Positions 13,090-29,782 of a DNA stretch of 64,000 nucleotides are shown in pieces (the first letter of the stretch is position 1; every line of letters begins with the position of its first letter). The notes beneath the pieces were generated by a model that saw nothing but the letters and a program-made list of their open reading frames with translations, had not been told where the DNA came from and did no database searches. The DNA comes from Calcarisporiella thermophila CBS 279.70 (Eukaryota > Fungi > Calcarisporiellomycota), in the NCBI RefSeq assembly GCF_041956535.1, contig NW_027192198.1:248743-312742 (forward strand). The letters are read 5' to 3'. The position numbers and the translations under genes are program-made.

Positions 13090-13483
13090 TTATGCACAGG
13101 CTAAGCTGTGCTAGCAATATTATTATATAAATCAGGTAAATTAATATTATTGATTTGAGAGAATACAGTGTAGTTGAATTCCAAAGGTATACAAGAAAAA
13201 CGGGCCAGTTGAACGAATTTATTTTTGAAATTAAGATTTCTGAGCCCCATTTGCCACGAAGTTATTCTCTTCATTATCTCACAGTTTTAATGGAGACTTC
13301 GAGAATTAATCCTCGGTGGCAAATGCAGTCACAGATAAGTCACAAAATTACTTCATAACGGGCGTCCTCTTTTGATGAATATGGATTTATGGCAAAAACG
13401 CTTCTGTGGATTTCTCTGCTCTTTTACTTTCAAATCCCAATTCCTTTAACTGGACCAACAATCTTCCATAATATTTTTCTAAA

Positions 13484-14473
13484 ATGAACTTCGACCATCT
13501 GATACTGAAATTAACCAATCTTTTATTATATATCTTTTTGCTTGGAAGTGGTATTTACGATTTAACTGCAGCTACTTCCCACCATGCCTTCGAGAAGCAC
13601 ATTTCCTTCTTTACTCCCGCAGCATACGCGAATTATGCTTGGCTTTGTAAGCTCCATTTATTTCTATTCTCTGCAGATTAACTTTGATCTTACTTTTTAT
13701 CTCACCTCTTCTAGTGACCTACATTTTGCTTGGCTGCTTCATCGTTATTCAATTTTTTGATCCCTACTCCGAATGCGCCGTTCATGGAGTGGGATGGTTC
13801 TTCCCTCTTGCAATTGTACTAAACGCCATATGGCATGCATTTTGGTCACAGGGTTATATGGTGCTCTCCTTCATTACTATTCTACTTGTGTGTGCCGTAA
13901 TTAGCACTATATATCGCCAATTACGAAATGAGCATCCCGTTAATGGATGGGTGGATGCTTTGTTTGTACATGCACCGTTCTCTTTGTGGCACGGATGGGT
14001 GACTTTTTACGCCGTTCTGAATGCTTTTGCTACATTCGGCCGAAGAGGAGATGGAGAGCCTAAGACGATAGATGTGATTCTGGTAGTGCTTGGATTAATC
14101 TTTTTAGCTTTCACTGTAAGTTTTCTATCTAGAAAGTGAACCCAATCGACACTCACGTCCCGCTTCCTTTTTTTTATCTTTATTAAACTTTATATGTAGG
14201 CTTTTGGCTATGTCGAATACAAGAGGCAAGCATTTCCTCTCTTTCTCGATCATCATTTCTCCTCTGACCTTTCTCTTTATTAGGGGAGATGTTGCAGGCG
14301 CGCTCGTTATCTCCTGGGGTCTCTTCGCCATCTTCGCAAAGCAGCACCACCCAGTCATTCATTGGGTTGCATTTGCGTGTGCCCTATTTGCATTCCTTTA
14401 TCCCTCCAAGCCCTATTTGCTTGACCTTATGCTCCGCCATAGGTCGGAAGAACGCGCACCTCTCATTGCTTGA
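13484..14473 (+). CDS. Fungal multi-pass membrane protein, DUF1774-like (4 exons, one GC-AG intron)
   Basis: About 7 hydrophobic segments; motifs FFTPA..NYAW, LNAIW, FVHAPFSLWHGW, VEYKRGDVAGALVISW; C-terminal ERAPL. Confidence 0.7.
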
Positions 14474-14974
14474 AATATACGCGAGCCCTAAGAACAATGC
14501 CGTCTATAAATATAATCTGTAGTAAAGTATTATATTATTTTTATCTTTATTAGCTTTAGTATTCCAGTCATAATACTACATGTTTGAGCACTCGCTTCAA
14601 GAAAAAAGGAAAGAGATATCCATAAATGAAAAAAATGTCAAACTATCTGAGTTCACTTAAAAAGTTTGAAAAATAAAATATATAAAAAGTATTTGTACTA
14701 AAGAATACTTTAATAAAAAATAAGAGAAGAGGAATGGGCCAAGAAGGACAGGTCGAAAGCCGAGAGTGAAAATGAAGATATGAAGAAGAGAGGGAGAAAA
14801 GGGATAAAGAGGATGTGGGGAAGTGGAAGGGGTAGGGAAAAGAGAGAAAACAAACAAGTGTGGATGCCAGGGGATAGAGAAAAGTAAAGGATCCCAAAAG
14901 AGGAAAATAAGATTTGCTCATGTTCTAAGCATAGCATAGAATAAAATATATAAAGTAAATAAAAAAAGTAGTGT

Positions 14975-15660
14975 TTAGTCCAGTCGGTTGAACGAGCGAC
15001 CGCCACGCGGACGCTCAATTAGGCGAGGGTTTTTACGTGCAAGTTCATCTTTAGCCTCCGAGCGGAAATCATGTTCACAAGCATGTCGATCTGGATATCG
15101 ATGCGTATCGCAAAACACATATTCGCATCGGCATCGATTAGTAGACTGCTTCGCAAGAGGGATTTTGGCTTTGCATACAAAGCATCTTCCCTTGTTTGTT
15201 TGAACAGGCTTTGTAGGCTCTTTTTCTTCCTTGTCCTTGTCTGCTTCCAATGGAGGTGCTGCAGGTGCTTCTAAGCTTACGTCTACGCTCACATCCACCT
15301 TGTCATTAGGTGCAGTCTCAATTGCAGTAGACGGCTCCAAAGGTAGAGATTCGGGCATCGCAGCAGGTGTAGGAGACTGAATATTCAGATCTTTGCCTAT
15401 ACGTGGTGATTCTGTAACAGCTGAGAGTGATTGCGCAGCATTCTCAACGTTGGCTTGAGTAGCCTGCTGTTGTTGCTGCTGAGTATCCTTAAAGCATTTA
15501 GAGCACATATAGTTATAAATGGGGCTCCTATTAATCAATGTACAAATAAATTTCGAAATAAATTCCAATATTGATATGGCATATAGAAACTACAGTACCC
15601 ATAGAAGCCACAGTTGTTGATGCAAAATTGGGGAACATCGGGTGAAGACTTATTTTCCAT
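14975..15660 (-). CDS. A20/AN1 zinc-finger stress-associated protein (ZFAND5/6-like), 2 exons
   Basis: A20 finger CINNCGFYG|SPIYNYMCSKCF and AN1 finger RCFVCKAKI...CRCEYVFCDTHRYPDRHACEHDF. Confidence 0.9.
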
Positions 15661-16047
15661 GATCGGCTCAGATTAAAAGATATGAGTTTTAACGGTAATT
15701 ACTAGGAGGGGCGAGGTGAAAACCCGTACGAACGCAACGATTATAAAGTGAATTATTTCTTATGATTAAGGAGCTCTTGGCAAAAATCTGAATAGATTAA
15801 AGGTTTAGAATAAGCAAGGGGTTATTATGAAAACTAAAAAAAGGCAAATAAATGGCTCTTCATAGGAAATCCTGGGTGGGAACATTTCCTGCTAAAGAAA
15901 ACAGCTAATACGAACTCCATCTGATTAACACCCTACCTCTCTTCGAGTTTGTGCGCAGAAATATGGCAGTCTGGACTTGTAATTGAGAATAAAAATTTGG
16001 ATGCTTTGCGAAATGAAGAAAAAAAAAGGAAAAAAAGACCATTGCCA

Positions 16048-17395
16048 ATGTGTTCGTCATCACTGCTATCTCGCAGATGCGCCACCCCATTTCTCCGCTA
16101 CATTTTCCTCCGTCTCTTTAAAAATAATATGTATAGAATCCCGACTCCTCATCGCATCTTTTCTCGATCATGCACCCGATATTTCACAACAACAAAAAGC
16201 TGCTATCATGATAATCCACTTGTAAGTTATCGCAAGATATTCGATAGTATCAATTGTGTTTGAATATTGCATTTTACACGATTTATTTGTGAAAGGGACT
16301 CCCACGTCAAAAACAACAGCCACCTACCCTTCCAAGACGCGGTGGAGTAACTCCAGAGAAAAGGCGATTACCAGGTGTAAAGCATATTATTGCAGTTGCT
16401 TCTGGAAAGGGAGGTGTAGGAAAATCAACTACAGCTGGTAAATCTTCAATATTACTGCGTGTTTTTACATTAATTTACTATAACACCACGAACCTATTGG
16501 TTATAAAGTAAATATAGCTCTAGCTGCTTCATCACTGAAAAAAAAAGTGGGCATTCTCGATGCCGATCTATTTGGACCTTCTATTCCAAAACTTATGAAC
16601 CTTAAGGGAGAGCCGGAATTGAACGCGAATAGTCTGTATAATTGGCATTAAGCGAATTGGCCAATGTTCTAATTGTTCTCTATTCTGCATCAGATCAGCT
16701 AATACCACTGATTAATTTTGGGGTAAGGTGCATGTCTATGGGTTTCCTGGTCGGTGAGGAATCGCCAGTTGTCTGGCGTGGACTTATGGTATATATATAC
16801 AGTGCAAAATCTAAAATGGCATACTTGACTAATTCTTCGCCCTTGTGTTAGGTTATGAAAGCGCTTCAACAGCTCCTTCACCAAGTTCAGTGGGGAGATC
16901 TCGATCTTTTGGTGATCGACATGCCTCCAGGAACGGGTGATACACAGCTTACTATTAGCCAACAAATCGCTCTAAGTGGGGCAGTGATTATTTCAACACC
17001 ACAAGATATTGCACTTATCGATGCGCGTAAAGGTACAAATATGTTCAAGAAGGTGGATGTGCCTGTAAGTGAATGCCGTTCTATAATGCCCAATTTCTCT
17101 TTGTTTCCTAAATGATATCCCAACTATATAGATCCTTGGTATCGTGCAGAATATGTCTCTCTACATATGTCCTAATTGTCAACACCAATCACATATATTC
17201 GGTCATAACGGAGCGGCCGATTTTGCTAAGGAATCGGGCGTCGATTTTCTAGGAGACGTGCCTCTACATGCAGATATCTGCGAACTCTCTGATAAAGGCC
17301 AACCGATTGTAGCTTCTAGACCAGAGAGCATCCACTCAAAAGCCTATCGTGATATTGCAGAAAAAATTATCCAAAAGCTATTTGTAAACAATTAA
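16048..17395 (+). CDS. IND1: Mitochondrial Fe-S cluster carrier Ind1/NUBPL (Mrp/NBP35 ATPase); start could be 16129
   Basis: [69 protein letters not shown]; basic presequence-like N-terminus. Confidence 0.9.
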
Positions 17396-17869
17396 AGTGC
17401 CAGCCATTTAGAATAGATCATAAATTTGAATCTGATAGATTTTGGTTCTAGACTATTGAATTATTGATATCCCTTTTGCTTTATTGATGAGATTTCTGCC
17501 GGTTAAGAGCCTTGCTTTTTCTTCTTATTTTCAAAGATGATCTTAGATTTCCAACTGCCTTCACATTTCAAATAGTTTTGGCTTCATCGATAGGTTGTGG
17601 CGACTTGAGCTTTATTAATATGGGAAAGTGTCGTGTTTTAAATTTAAGAAAACCAATTGAGGCTAGCTTGCCCAAAAATTGATTTCTGAAAATTTCAATG
17701 ATCTGATAGCCAACTCTAAATACGTTAGAACTGTCAACTCTCAATTTCCTTTAAGTAGCATCATTCCATTACATAACGTGTTTACTATCACTCATGCTTC
17801 TGAGAGATTTAATTTGAATATCGAACCTAACATTTGGAATATATATTGTTATAATTCACTACCACAGAT

Positions 17870-18921
17870 ATGCAAACTACTAACGATCGGTCAATGGCAT
17901 TTGCATTGCTGGGATTAAAAGATTTACGTGGGACGAAAAGGACATATCAGGTCGAAGAGGAGGATGCAGAAAGGCAGAGGTTGCCTGAGAGCAACGGTCC
18001 ATTATGCAAAAAAAGATGTGAAGATAAAGTGGAGCAAATGGAAAATGATGTGCGTAATTTTCTCTCGCGTGTAGGGATACTAGAGTACATTGACAAGTTT
18101 TTAGAGGAAGGGTTTGATCAGCTTAAAGCAGTAAGTGATTGTGTCCGCATTGCCAAATATTCACCGGATGCACTATTTCTCATGTCTTTTTGCAATCCAG
18201 TTGTTTGATGTGACAGAAGAAGATTTAATTGCTATTGGAGTAAAGAGAGGTCATCGAAGAGTATGTTCTCTTTGCCAAACATCCCACTGCTCATGGGCTA
18301 ACTTCACAAACTATTATTTAGCTTCTCCAACTTGAAATTGCCATCTCCAAGGGACAGCCGCCACCCTCCCTTAAATATTTCTACTACTTATTGCGCCAGA
18401 ACAAACTCCATCCAATGTGGACCTCCCATCAGACTTTGCAACCTTCTTCCATCCCACGTACAACTTGCCAACCCTCGTCAAGCTTATCTTCAAATTCCCC
18501 TACCACCCTAGGAAGCAGGGCTTCGTTGCAATTCTTTGAAATCATTGACAACCAAAATCCATTAGGATCTGAAGGGATAAGGAAGCAAAAACACAGAGCA
18601 AAATGGTCGAATTCATTTCCTACGCATTGGAAATACTCTTCCACGCAAAATAGCATTGCTGAGGAAGCGCCTGAAACTGCAAATGAAGAAATAGGGAGCC
18701 CACGAAAAACCTCAAAGGATTCGAGGAGCGCGTCTTCAGGGAATGGAAGTGGGTATATATCTGATAGCAGCGGAAACAACGGTACTGGAGATAACTCTGC
18801 AGGATCGGATGAGTTTATCCCAAAACCGGCCATAGCGATTGGGGCAACCTCAGTAAACATCAAGAGCACTATAGTATCTTCAGATTCTGGCTATAGCACA
18901 TATCTGCAGAACTCTAAATAG
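17870..18921 (+). CDS. SAM (sterile alpha motif) domain protein with a Ser-rich tail (3 exons)
   Basis: VRNFLSRVGILEYIDKFLEEGFDQL|LFDVTEEDLIAIGVKRGHRR|LLQLEIA is a typical SAM domain; the rest is low complexity. Confidence 0.75.
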
Positions 18922-19098
18922 ACAAATAATACAGTTTTTTATTTATCTATTCTATAATTCATGTTTTTTTTTAACTCTTCAGTGTGAAAAATTGCCGCAT
19001 TTATGCTCTTTCGTATTTTCTTACACTATTTATTTTCGTCTCAATCTCTGGCATTTCCAACCATTTCAGATTCGTTATAGGGGATGAAATATGAAAGT

Positions 19099-21910
19099 CT
19101 ATATTGTGTTTTCCTGGATATTTGTAATTAAAAAGGCCAGCTCAAACGCTAAATCTTTCAAGCGTTGCTCCTGTCCTCCCCCTTCTCCTACAAAATGTCC
19201 CCTACCCTCCACCTTCGCCAATACTAGTCTCTCAGGGTTTTTTCCATCTTTCGGAGTTTCCGATTGCTGTCTGGCTCGCATTCTGGCAACCAATTTTAAG
19301 GGCTGCCAGCAAGCAACCCTCTGATCCTTCATTCCTCCAGTTACAAGCACTGAAGTCTCTTGCCTTCCGGTAGGCACATTTTCGTACGGCGAATACCGCG
19401 AGATTACATCGTAGGCTTTCTCATCAACAGCTGGGTTACCCCATTCACTGTACTCAACTCTAGTCAAAGGCAGGTCTGGATTAAGCATTGCACTCAGGGG
19501 ATCAACAAATGGAACTCGGAGAACGACCGCTCTAAACATATTTGGTCGCAAATGAAGCATTCCACCGACTAATAGCCCCCCCGCACTCGCCCCAAGAGCA
19601 GCCATTTTTTGAGGTTTTGTCAGCCCTGCTTTAATGAGATGCTCTCCAACAGCGGACAAATCTTTGAAACTGTTTTCCTTGTTATCCAGTTTCCCAGCTT
19701 CGTACCACCGTCTCCCAAGTTCGCCACCTCCACGAACATGTGCCAGAGCAATAACCCAGCGTCTCTCCAAAAGGGGAAAATGCTCAAGCCGAAACTTGGC
19801 ATCAGTGGAGATACCATATGCACCATAAGACGTCAGTAGCACAGGATTAGCACCATTTAGCTTAATCCCCTTTTTGAATAGTAGCGTAATGGGGACTTTA
19901 GTACCGTCCTCAGAAGTAGCGTGTATCTGAGTGGAGTCGTATTCTGAACGGTCGAAGCCTAAAAATGGTAACTTCGGTTAGGAAAAAAGAAAGTATATTA
20001 AACTGGTCTATATAGATTCCCAGACATTACCATAGATTGGGTGTAATCGTACGGGTTTCAACTTGCGCTTCCCCATATCATATTCCCATGTTGATTCATG
20101 TGCAAATGGCGAGTCAATTGTGAATCGGAACACCTCTGTATCATATTCCTGTTTGCAAACATGAACCAGTTAACATGACCCTCAGAATAGCCAATAGATA
20201 TTGGGATTGAGCAGCGCATACCAAATTGGTTCCCGCTCCAACCACACAATGTTTTTCTGGTAATGGCACCTCATGGGTATTCATGCTTCTTAAATCGCAG
20301 CATTTGATTACAGGCAATCCATCTCTCCTCCCATATATCACGAGAAAATCCTTAAATATATCCACGTCTTCAATTTTCTCATTCTCGCCAACTGAAAATA
20401 GGTCCGTCCAACCTACACGCGAGGGCTGTTCGTCTGGTGCTTGAACGAGTTTGAACTCGCCAGTGGACGAAGTATTGGTGAGAATGTAAAATTGATTCTA
20501 AGTAAACAGCATGTTAAGATCATAATAAAGGCTTGCGAAAACAAAAATACCTTACTTCGTGATGATCAACATAGTACTCAACTCCTTCTTGGCGCGGTTC
20601 AATCACTTGTGGTTGTGGAGCTCCATTCGCAAAATCGTGGTGCGCGTTTAGAACTCTTACTTCAGATGATGAAAGAGTATTTAAATCTATAGTTATATAT
20701 TTCTAAGGGAATAAAAATTTTGATAAGCGATGTTCGGATTCAACCCGGCCTACTAAATAATGTGAGCTACCTTGTCTTTTGTACTCCCTATATCTACAAA
20801 TACACTCTGATCCTTTTCCTCGTATATAAGCATGTCCTCAGACTGTGGGGTCCCAATTCGATGCGCATACACCTTACATGGTCGAAGCTGTTCGTCAGGG
20901 ACCGTGTAATACATATATTTATTGTCGCCAGACCACACAAAATTGAACACGTCGTGAAGTATATCATCCTAATATATTAAAACAATAAAATTCGGGCTAT
21001 CATCCGGTAATTTTCTATGTTAAGGGGCTCACCTTAAAGTTGGAACCATCGTCCAGAGCACGAAACATTACTGTGCCCACCTCTGCCCCTTCATATTCAA
21101 CTGCGTAAGCAAATACGCGTTGATCATGAGATATCAGCACCTTTCTAATCGATGCAGTGGGGGGTAGATGATTTGAATCGAGGAGGATTTCCTCGTTTGA
21201 CGTACCCACGCGTCGGCGGCAGTACACAATTCCCCTATCGTTGGTGCGGGAATAATATTCATAGCCACTCACGTACGTGGTAATAGGAGGCATAATTTTT
21301 GGAGTACGAAGCTTTTTGCGCATTTCCTGTTTGAAGAGCAGAGATTAATAGCTATATGTATCAAGGTAATATTGCGCTTGCATACACGCTGAAGAATCCG
21401 TTGCAATAGGTTCGTCCTCTTCATAGCATCACTGGTATATAGGTTTTCCTCTTCAATATATTTTTCAAGCTCCTATAATACTAACATTAGTGTCATGTTA
21501 ACTGATTAACGACTTTGAGAAACGGAAACTCACTGTATTATCTTCCTCCATCCACTTATATTCGTCCGTTCGTTCCCTCCCAAAGTGAGTCTCCGTTACC
21601 GAAATCCGCTTTGCCACGGGTGGTAGTATGGTTCGTTTTCTAATGTGTATTTGATTAACGGAGCCTTTTTAATATAATACTAAGAGACATACGAGAATAC
21701 ATCGCGAATGTTAGAAAGTATGGAGACATGGCGAGTGGATGGCTGGTAATTGGCTCGGAGTAATGATAATGCTGCAATAAATATATTAGGAGGAGTTAAT
21801 GTCAAAGATAACTTACAGTATAAGCAAATAGTGAGTTTACATTTCGCAAAACAAGGCCAATTATGATGGCACGTATACCTAAAGGTTAGCAGTAGTTTAC
21901 GGGTTGCCAT
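19099..21910 (-). CDS. Prolyl oligopeptidase family S9A (oligopeptidase B/PREPL-like), multi-exon, possibly mitochondrial
   Basis: DEYKWME N-terminal motif, beta-propeller exons, HVRGGGELGRRWYEAG, nucleophile GASAGG, EWGNP, D in KDQRV, H in GRGHF. Confidence 0.88.
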
Positions 21911-22503
21911 TTTTGCAACCTAATGTCTTAGTATCGAGGTTACTATTCCTACCTGTTAATTTATATAAGCCACATGTAAACTCAAATCTATTAAATGGGC
22001 AAAATAATGCACTTTAAATGTCCATATATTCGAATGCTTGAATTAATTTTGGTAGCCTATGTATATATGTTATTCAACATCTCTTAATAATAAATAACAC
22101 AAAAAATGAAATATTTGTGTCTTAGTGCACTTCAGAGGAAGATATACAAATTTTGGAGTGATAGTAGAGCTTATGATTGTACCTTTTCAACTAACAACGG
22201 TCGAGAGGTGCGTCAATAGCACTATTTACAAGCATTTAAAATCAAATAGGCGCATGGGACTTGTATTATACTCATTTGAGCCATAGCTGAGTTTGCTAAA
22301 TAGGGGTTATGTCGTCTAAATTTATGCATATCGTTCGATGGATGAGCATATTGCGTTCACACTTGCATTGTACTCTTGCACTCTTGCACTCTTTCATGAA
22401 GAGCCACCATTAATAATGTTTACATTTTCGGCAAAAAAGATGATATCTATTAAAACATTCTTTATATTTAACAGTTTTTCAAGTCTATTGAGGAGAATGG
22501 AGG

Positions 22504-23499
22504 CTATTGGGCTTGTGGTGTAGTTGCGGAGACTCTCAAGTTTTCAATAATTGCAGGATCAGCTAGGTAACCCCTGTGTTGAGGATCCGAGTACCACTCT
22601 AAACAAAAAAAAAGCTAGATTAGTAAAATATTCAGTTTCTTTTCAATATGAACTTTACCAATATCCTTCTTCCGAACCGGATTTGCAAACTTGGGAAGCC
22701 GGACGAACTTTTCGGGATGAAGCAGTACTCTCATTCCCAGTGCATTATAATAGCGACACGTGATCTTCCCTCCAGCACGTTCAACGGCTTCAATGGCCTT
22801 CTGAGATGCCCGTGATACCTCAATGGTTATAGGAGTATGGAAGTGCTCTGCACCCTGTAGAATGATTGAAAGATATTATATCATTCATATTGGCCCCAAG
22901 AGATGTCGTGTAAACAAAAATTCTTACATCAGCCAAAAGCTTAATTCCGTCTTTGACTCGATGCACGCACCGATTGTCCAAGAGGTCCTTCATTGTAATA
23001 GGCTTCGTAGGATCCAATCGCCCAGTGTCAATCCAGTGTTGGATTCGATCCAAATTTACGGGCTGGTATTCACGATGATTTCTATTGGAAAAAGTTTAAA
23101 ATTATCATGTTTAGCGTTATGCCTAATCTCCTTCTTTTCTCTACATTGCCTGGTAACGAATATAAAAATTAAAGGGGCTACTTACACATTATAGAATCCA
23201 CGTTTTGGAAACCGATTTGTGAGGGGGGTTTGACCTCCTTCAAAACCCTGGCTTGGCCTCCAGCTCCCACCTCGTGCCTTTTGACCCTTATGACCACGGC
23301 CTGCTGTCTTCCCCTTTCCAGAACCAGGGCCACGGCCAACGCGTGTTCGTTGGGATACAGCACCGGGATTATCTGCAAGCGATGCTAAAGAAATCTTTGT
23401 TTTTGGTGGCTGTATAAGGCTAGCAAGGTGTCTGGACGGTGTGTAGCGCAGTGTGTGTGAGCGCACTGCAAAAGTGCGCACCCATTGTGTGGCGAACAT
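22504..23499 (-). CDS. MRPL10: Mitochondrial ribosomal protein uL15m (yeast MrpL10-like), 4 exons
   Basis: [79 protein letters not shown]. Confidence 0.92.
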
Positions 23500-23738
23500 G
23501 GTACTGAATCTCGAAGAGATGATCAGTCGATACTAATTGCAACAATTTTGTTTACTCCTTTCTTCTTCCTTTCTCCGTGGTGTGGCTTGAAGAAAAATCG
23601 ACCCTTGGAAATTTTTGGTCCAATCATACGTTTCCACCCGTGAACTCTTACTTTTCGCGTCGGCTCTGAGTGTCTTGCCCACATTCTCTTCTAAAGCAAT
23701 TCCCTCCATTTTCCTCCGAATAATCAGTAGCCCAATAG

Positions 23739-26481
<2,743 letters not shown>

Positions 26482-27017
26482 ACACAATCAAAGCAATATA
26501 TTGCGAGGTATCGCGTCATGATTTTAGTCCATTCTTATTTTTAGTGTTTACTTTTATTTTCTCTCTGTTTCTTCATTGCCTTATCTCTTCTCTGGCTTTT
26601 CCTTTCTTCCTTTCCTTTCCTTTTTTCCACTCTTTTTTTCTCACTTCTTTTTTCCTTCTCCTTTTTCCTTTTTTCATCCCATTCTATTGTTACTATTGGT
26701 TTTAGTTTGTGAGTCTGTGTGCCTATTCTTTTTTGGAAAATCGAGTGCCAGGAAGACAGGTTGAATGGTTTCTCTTAGCTTTCTCTCCACGTATGCGTTT
26801 TCTCTTTGGATCAATAAACTCTGTTTGCGTTTGAACCTCGCCTGTGTTCCAAGCTGCTTCCATAGGTAGCACAAGTAATTTTGGCTCCTAAAACTCCTCT
26901 CGTGTGAAGTATTTAAGGTTGATCCTTTTTCTCGCGCGGCGCTTGCTCACGCCATACCCGTGGTGGACTCTTCTCCCTCTCTAACACCAGAACTTACCCA
27001 CAGACACGAACCCAAGT

Positions 27018-27561
27018 ATGCGTGCGGCTCTCTTCACTCTCTTCGCTTCCGTCGGCTCTGCCCTCGCCGCCCCCTATATCACGCAGCCGATTACTGGTAG
27101 GCGCCCCTTGACCTGTTGGATTGGCATGACTAATGATCATTGATTTTGCTTTCTCCCTCCCTCCCCCCATGCCAGGCACCGTGTGGGAGACCAATGGCAC
27201 CTATGATATCCTATGGCTCAACGGCACCAGCGGCCCCGCGACTATCAAGCTCATGTATGGCGATCCCCGGAATCTGCAGCACCTGCTCACGCTCTCCAAC
27301 ACCACCAACGGTGCAGATGGGACCTTCAAATGGACTATTCCCACCAATCTCACCACCAGCTCCAATTACTCCATCACGATCGGTAATCCTCCCGATGTGT
27401 CATACTCTCCATTCTTCACAATCGTAAACAACAGTACCGACGACTCCTCAGAAAGTCACGAGCACCACGATGAAGAAGAAGAATCGCCGCGTACCACCAC
27501 CGTGTATATTACTACGACGAAGATCGGGAAACGGGAGGCCACCCCAGCTGCTTCCCCTTAA
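27018..27561 (+). CDS. Small secreted Kre9/Knh1-like (Ser/Thr-rich GPI-anchored family) Ig-like protein, 2 exons
   Basis: Signal peptide MRAALFTLFASVGSALA; YITQP|GTVW...YDILW...IKLMYG...GTFKWTIP..L...NYSITI...SYSPFFTI. Confidence 0.75.
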
Positions 27562-29190
27562 TGGGTGTCGAGACGAGCGAAATACCCTACATGGCTAGTG
27601 CCCTGCTTTTTCTTTGTCATATTTGTAATAGCACCAGTTTGTATTGTTTCCACAACGTTGTGAGTCCCTCAATAAATCGAATTAGTTAATCCTCTTTTTT
27701 CAGCTCTTCCACGTTTTGGGATGATATACTCGAACACAGTGTAATACAACTTAATCCCATGATAGAGTTTGGGGGCTTATTTTCATTATATTCTATTTTT
27801 GGGACTCTACTCTAATATCGGATACGAACCCTGCATCAGCGCAACACAATAAGACCTCATAATGTTGAGATATAGGAGCAGCTATTTTTGATCCCCATGT
27901 TTCTACTCACCAAAGCGTAATCGCTTGACTCTGCTGCTCTCAAAATATCGAGTCCGTGTTTATAAGAAATGCTCGCTTAGCTAGATGTCCACCTGAACTT
28001 CCTATTTCATATCCTCAACTCGAAAATGCCATAGTTACCTGTGCTTTCATTCTCTTTCTCCTCCACTGTATCCTTCTCTATCCCTAGATGGACCTCAATA
28101 ATTCTATAGGTTTGTGGCCCAAGCTCTAGACTGATTCTTTAATGCTGGTGCTGTATAATCTTTACACCTAGATGGGTATAAAATACATCCATGATAGAAA
28201 TTTTGGTAGGCGCTTACTTGTGAGCGCCTCTTTGATGAACTATATCAACTACAGCTAGTTACTGACATAGTTTTGTAAAACTCAGTTTTGATCTGTTTGT
28301 AGAATCTCACATTTTGTGTATGATTCATATAATTAGCGGGAAATTTGAATTTTATTTAATTCAAAGGAACCACTCGATCATCTCAAGGTTTTCGTAGCGT
28401 GTTACCTGTATAGAATAGATCTGAGTTAGCACTTATTCTAATCAAATTAAAATAGCTTGAAGATAAAAGGTGATTTTCTCAGGAGAATTATGATTTCATC
28501 ACTTAACCGAAATGCATGTTGTGCATCACGGACAGGTAATACATGCTTTTAGACATCATAGAAGAATCATGATATATTTTTCAGAAAGAGATGGAAACTT
28601 ACCTTCAAAATGGATAAAGAACGAAGAACCTGGCCGAAGAACTTACCGAGGTTTATATAAGCGCGTCAACAAAAGCACACGTCACGAGTAAAGCACAAAC
28701 AAATAACCTAGTACGGTTGAAATTTTAAAAGGCAAATAGATCCTGAGCTCAACAGGAGAAATGTGATCCAGGAATAAACATATAATAATATACAATATTT
28801 CATTGTTATACATTAAAATCCAACCAAAGTAATCGGCTGGGAGGATGCTTGGCTGTTCGCTTCCCCTATACGTACTATAATTTTTGCTGTCAAAATATAT
28901 ATCTGGAAACGATAAATATTCAAGATGTCTTAAATCAGTCCTCATGGAGTCAAAGAAGGATTTTGCAGTAATGTATTAGAGTGGTTCAGTAAGTACTTTC
29001 CAACAACCAACCCTGTATAGTTTGAATGCTTGGGCAAATGATGGCAGAAATTATAAGCAAACTGCGATGAAAAAATAAAATAAAGAACCAATAGGTGAGA
29101 AGAGATGAACTGTTTAGAGAAGATACAATGAATTTATTATTGAGAAATACTAGGAGTGCGCATTATGCATTATGTTAAATAAAAAGAAGA

Positions 29191-29782
29191 TTAAATTGTC
29201 TTATCACTTAGGATATCATCGAGAGATTCCAATTTTTGCTGCATTCGTGGATCCCGAATTACTCTGGAGGAGATGTTATATAGTCAAAAAGAATGAGACA
29301 TAAAAATAATTTGAAAAAAAAATACCTATTATCCACGCGCACATCCTCTGTTTCAATGGCTAATGCGGGCTCTTTCGTCTTGGCTTCAATCACATAATGA
29401 TTATCGCAATGGGGGCAGTACTCATCCTCTTCCTCGTAGTCGCTTAAGTTACAAAGTGGACATTGAATAATGAGCATTGGATCCGATTCTCCAAGAGTGA
29501 GCATTTTAAATCACCTCATATCTTTACGAAAAGCTTTCTTGCATTTCTTGCAAGCGAAAACCATCTCTGTAGTTTTTCGAAGTGGGTGATCGGAGGTCTC
29601 TGCATGGCATTCAGCACAGTCAAACCATCTTTTACAGCAAGGCGCGCGGATCGATACCTGCCAAGCGAAAATGGGCCATCGAGAATAGAGACGGGTAAGA
29701 AACCAATTGCCACTATCTAGGGAGCTTGGATTGGGAATCAATGGGAATACACTACCTGTGCATTGAGAATATGTTTGCACAT
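29191..29782 (-). CDS. Small CHY-type zinc-finger protein (4 exons)
   Basis: MCKHILNAQ|VSIRAPCCKRWFDCAECH..DHPL..FACKKCKKAFRKDM|..DEYCPHCDNHYVIEA..|RVIRDPRMQ..*. Confidence 0.88.

Noticed and set aside
28640-28710. Minus-strand frame reading C-F-C-TGA, considered as a possible selenoprotein
   Set aside because: No resemblance to a selenoprotein family, no sustained frame and no SECIS identified.
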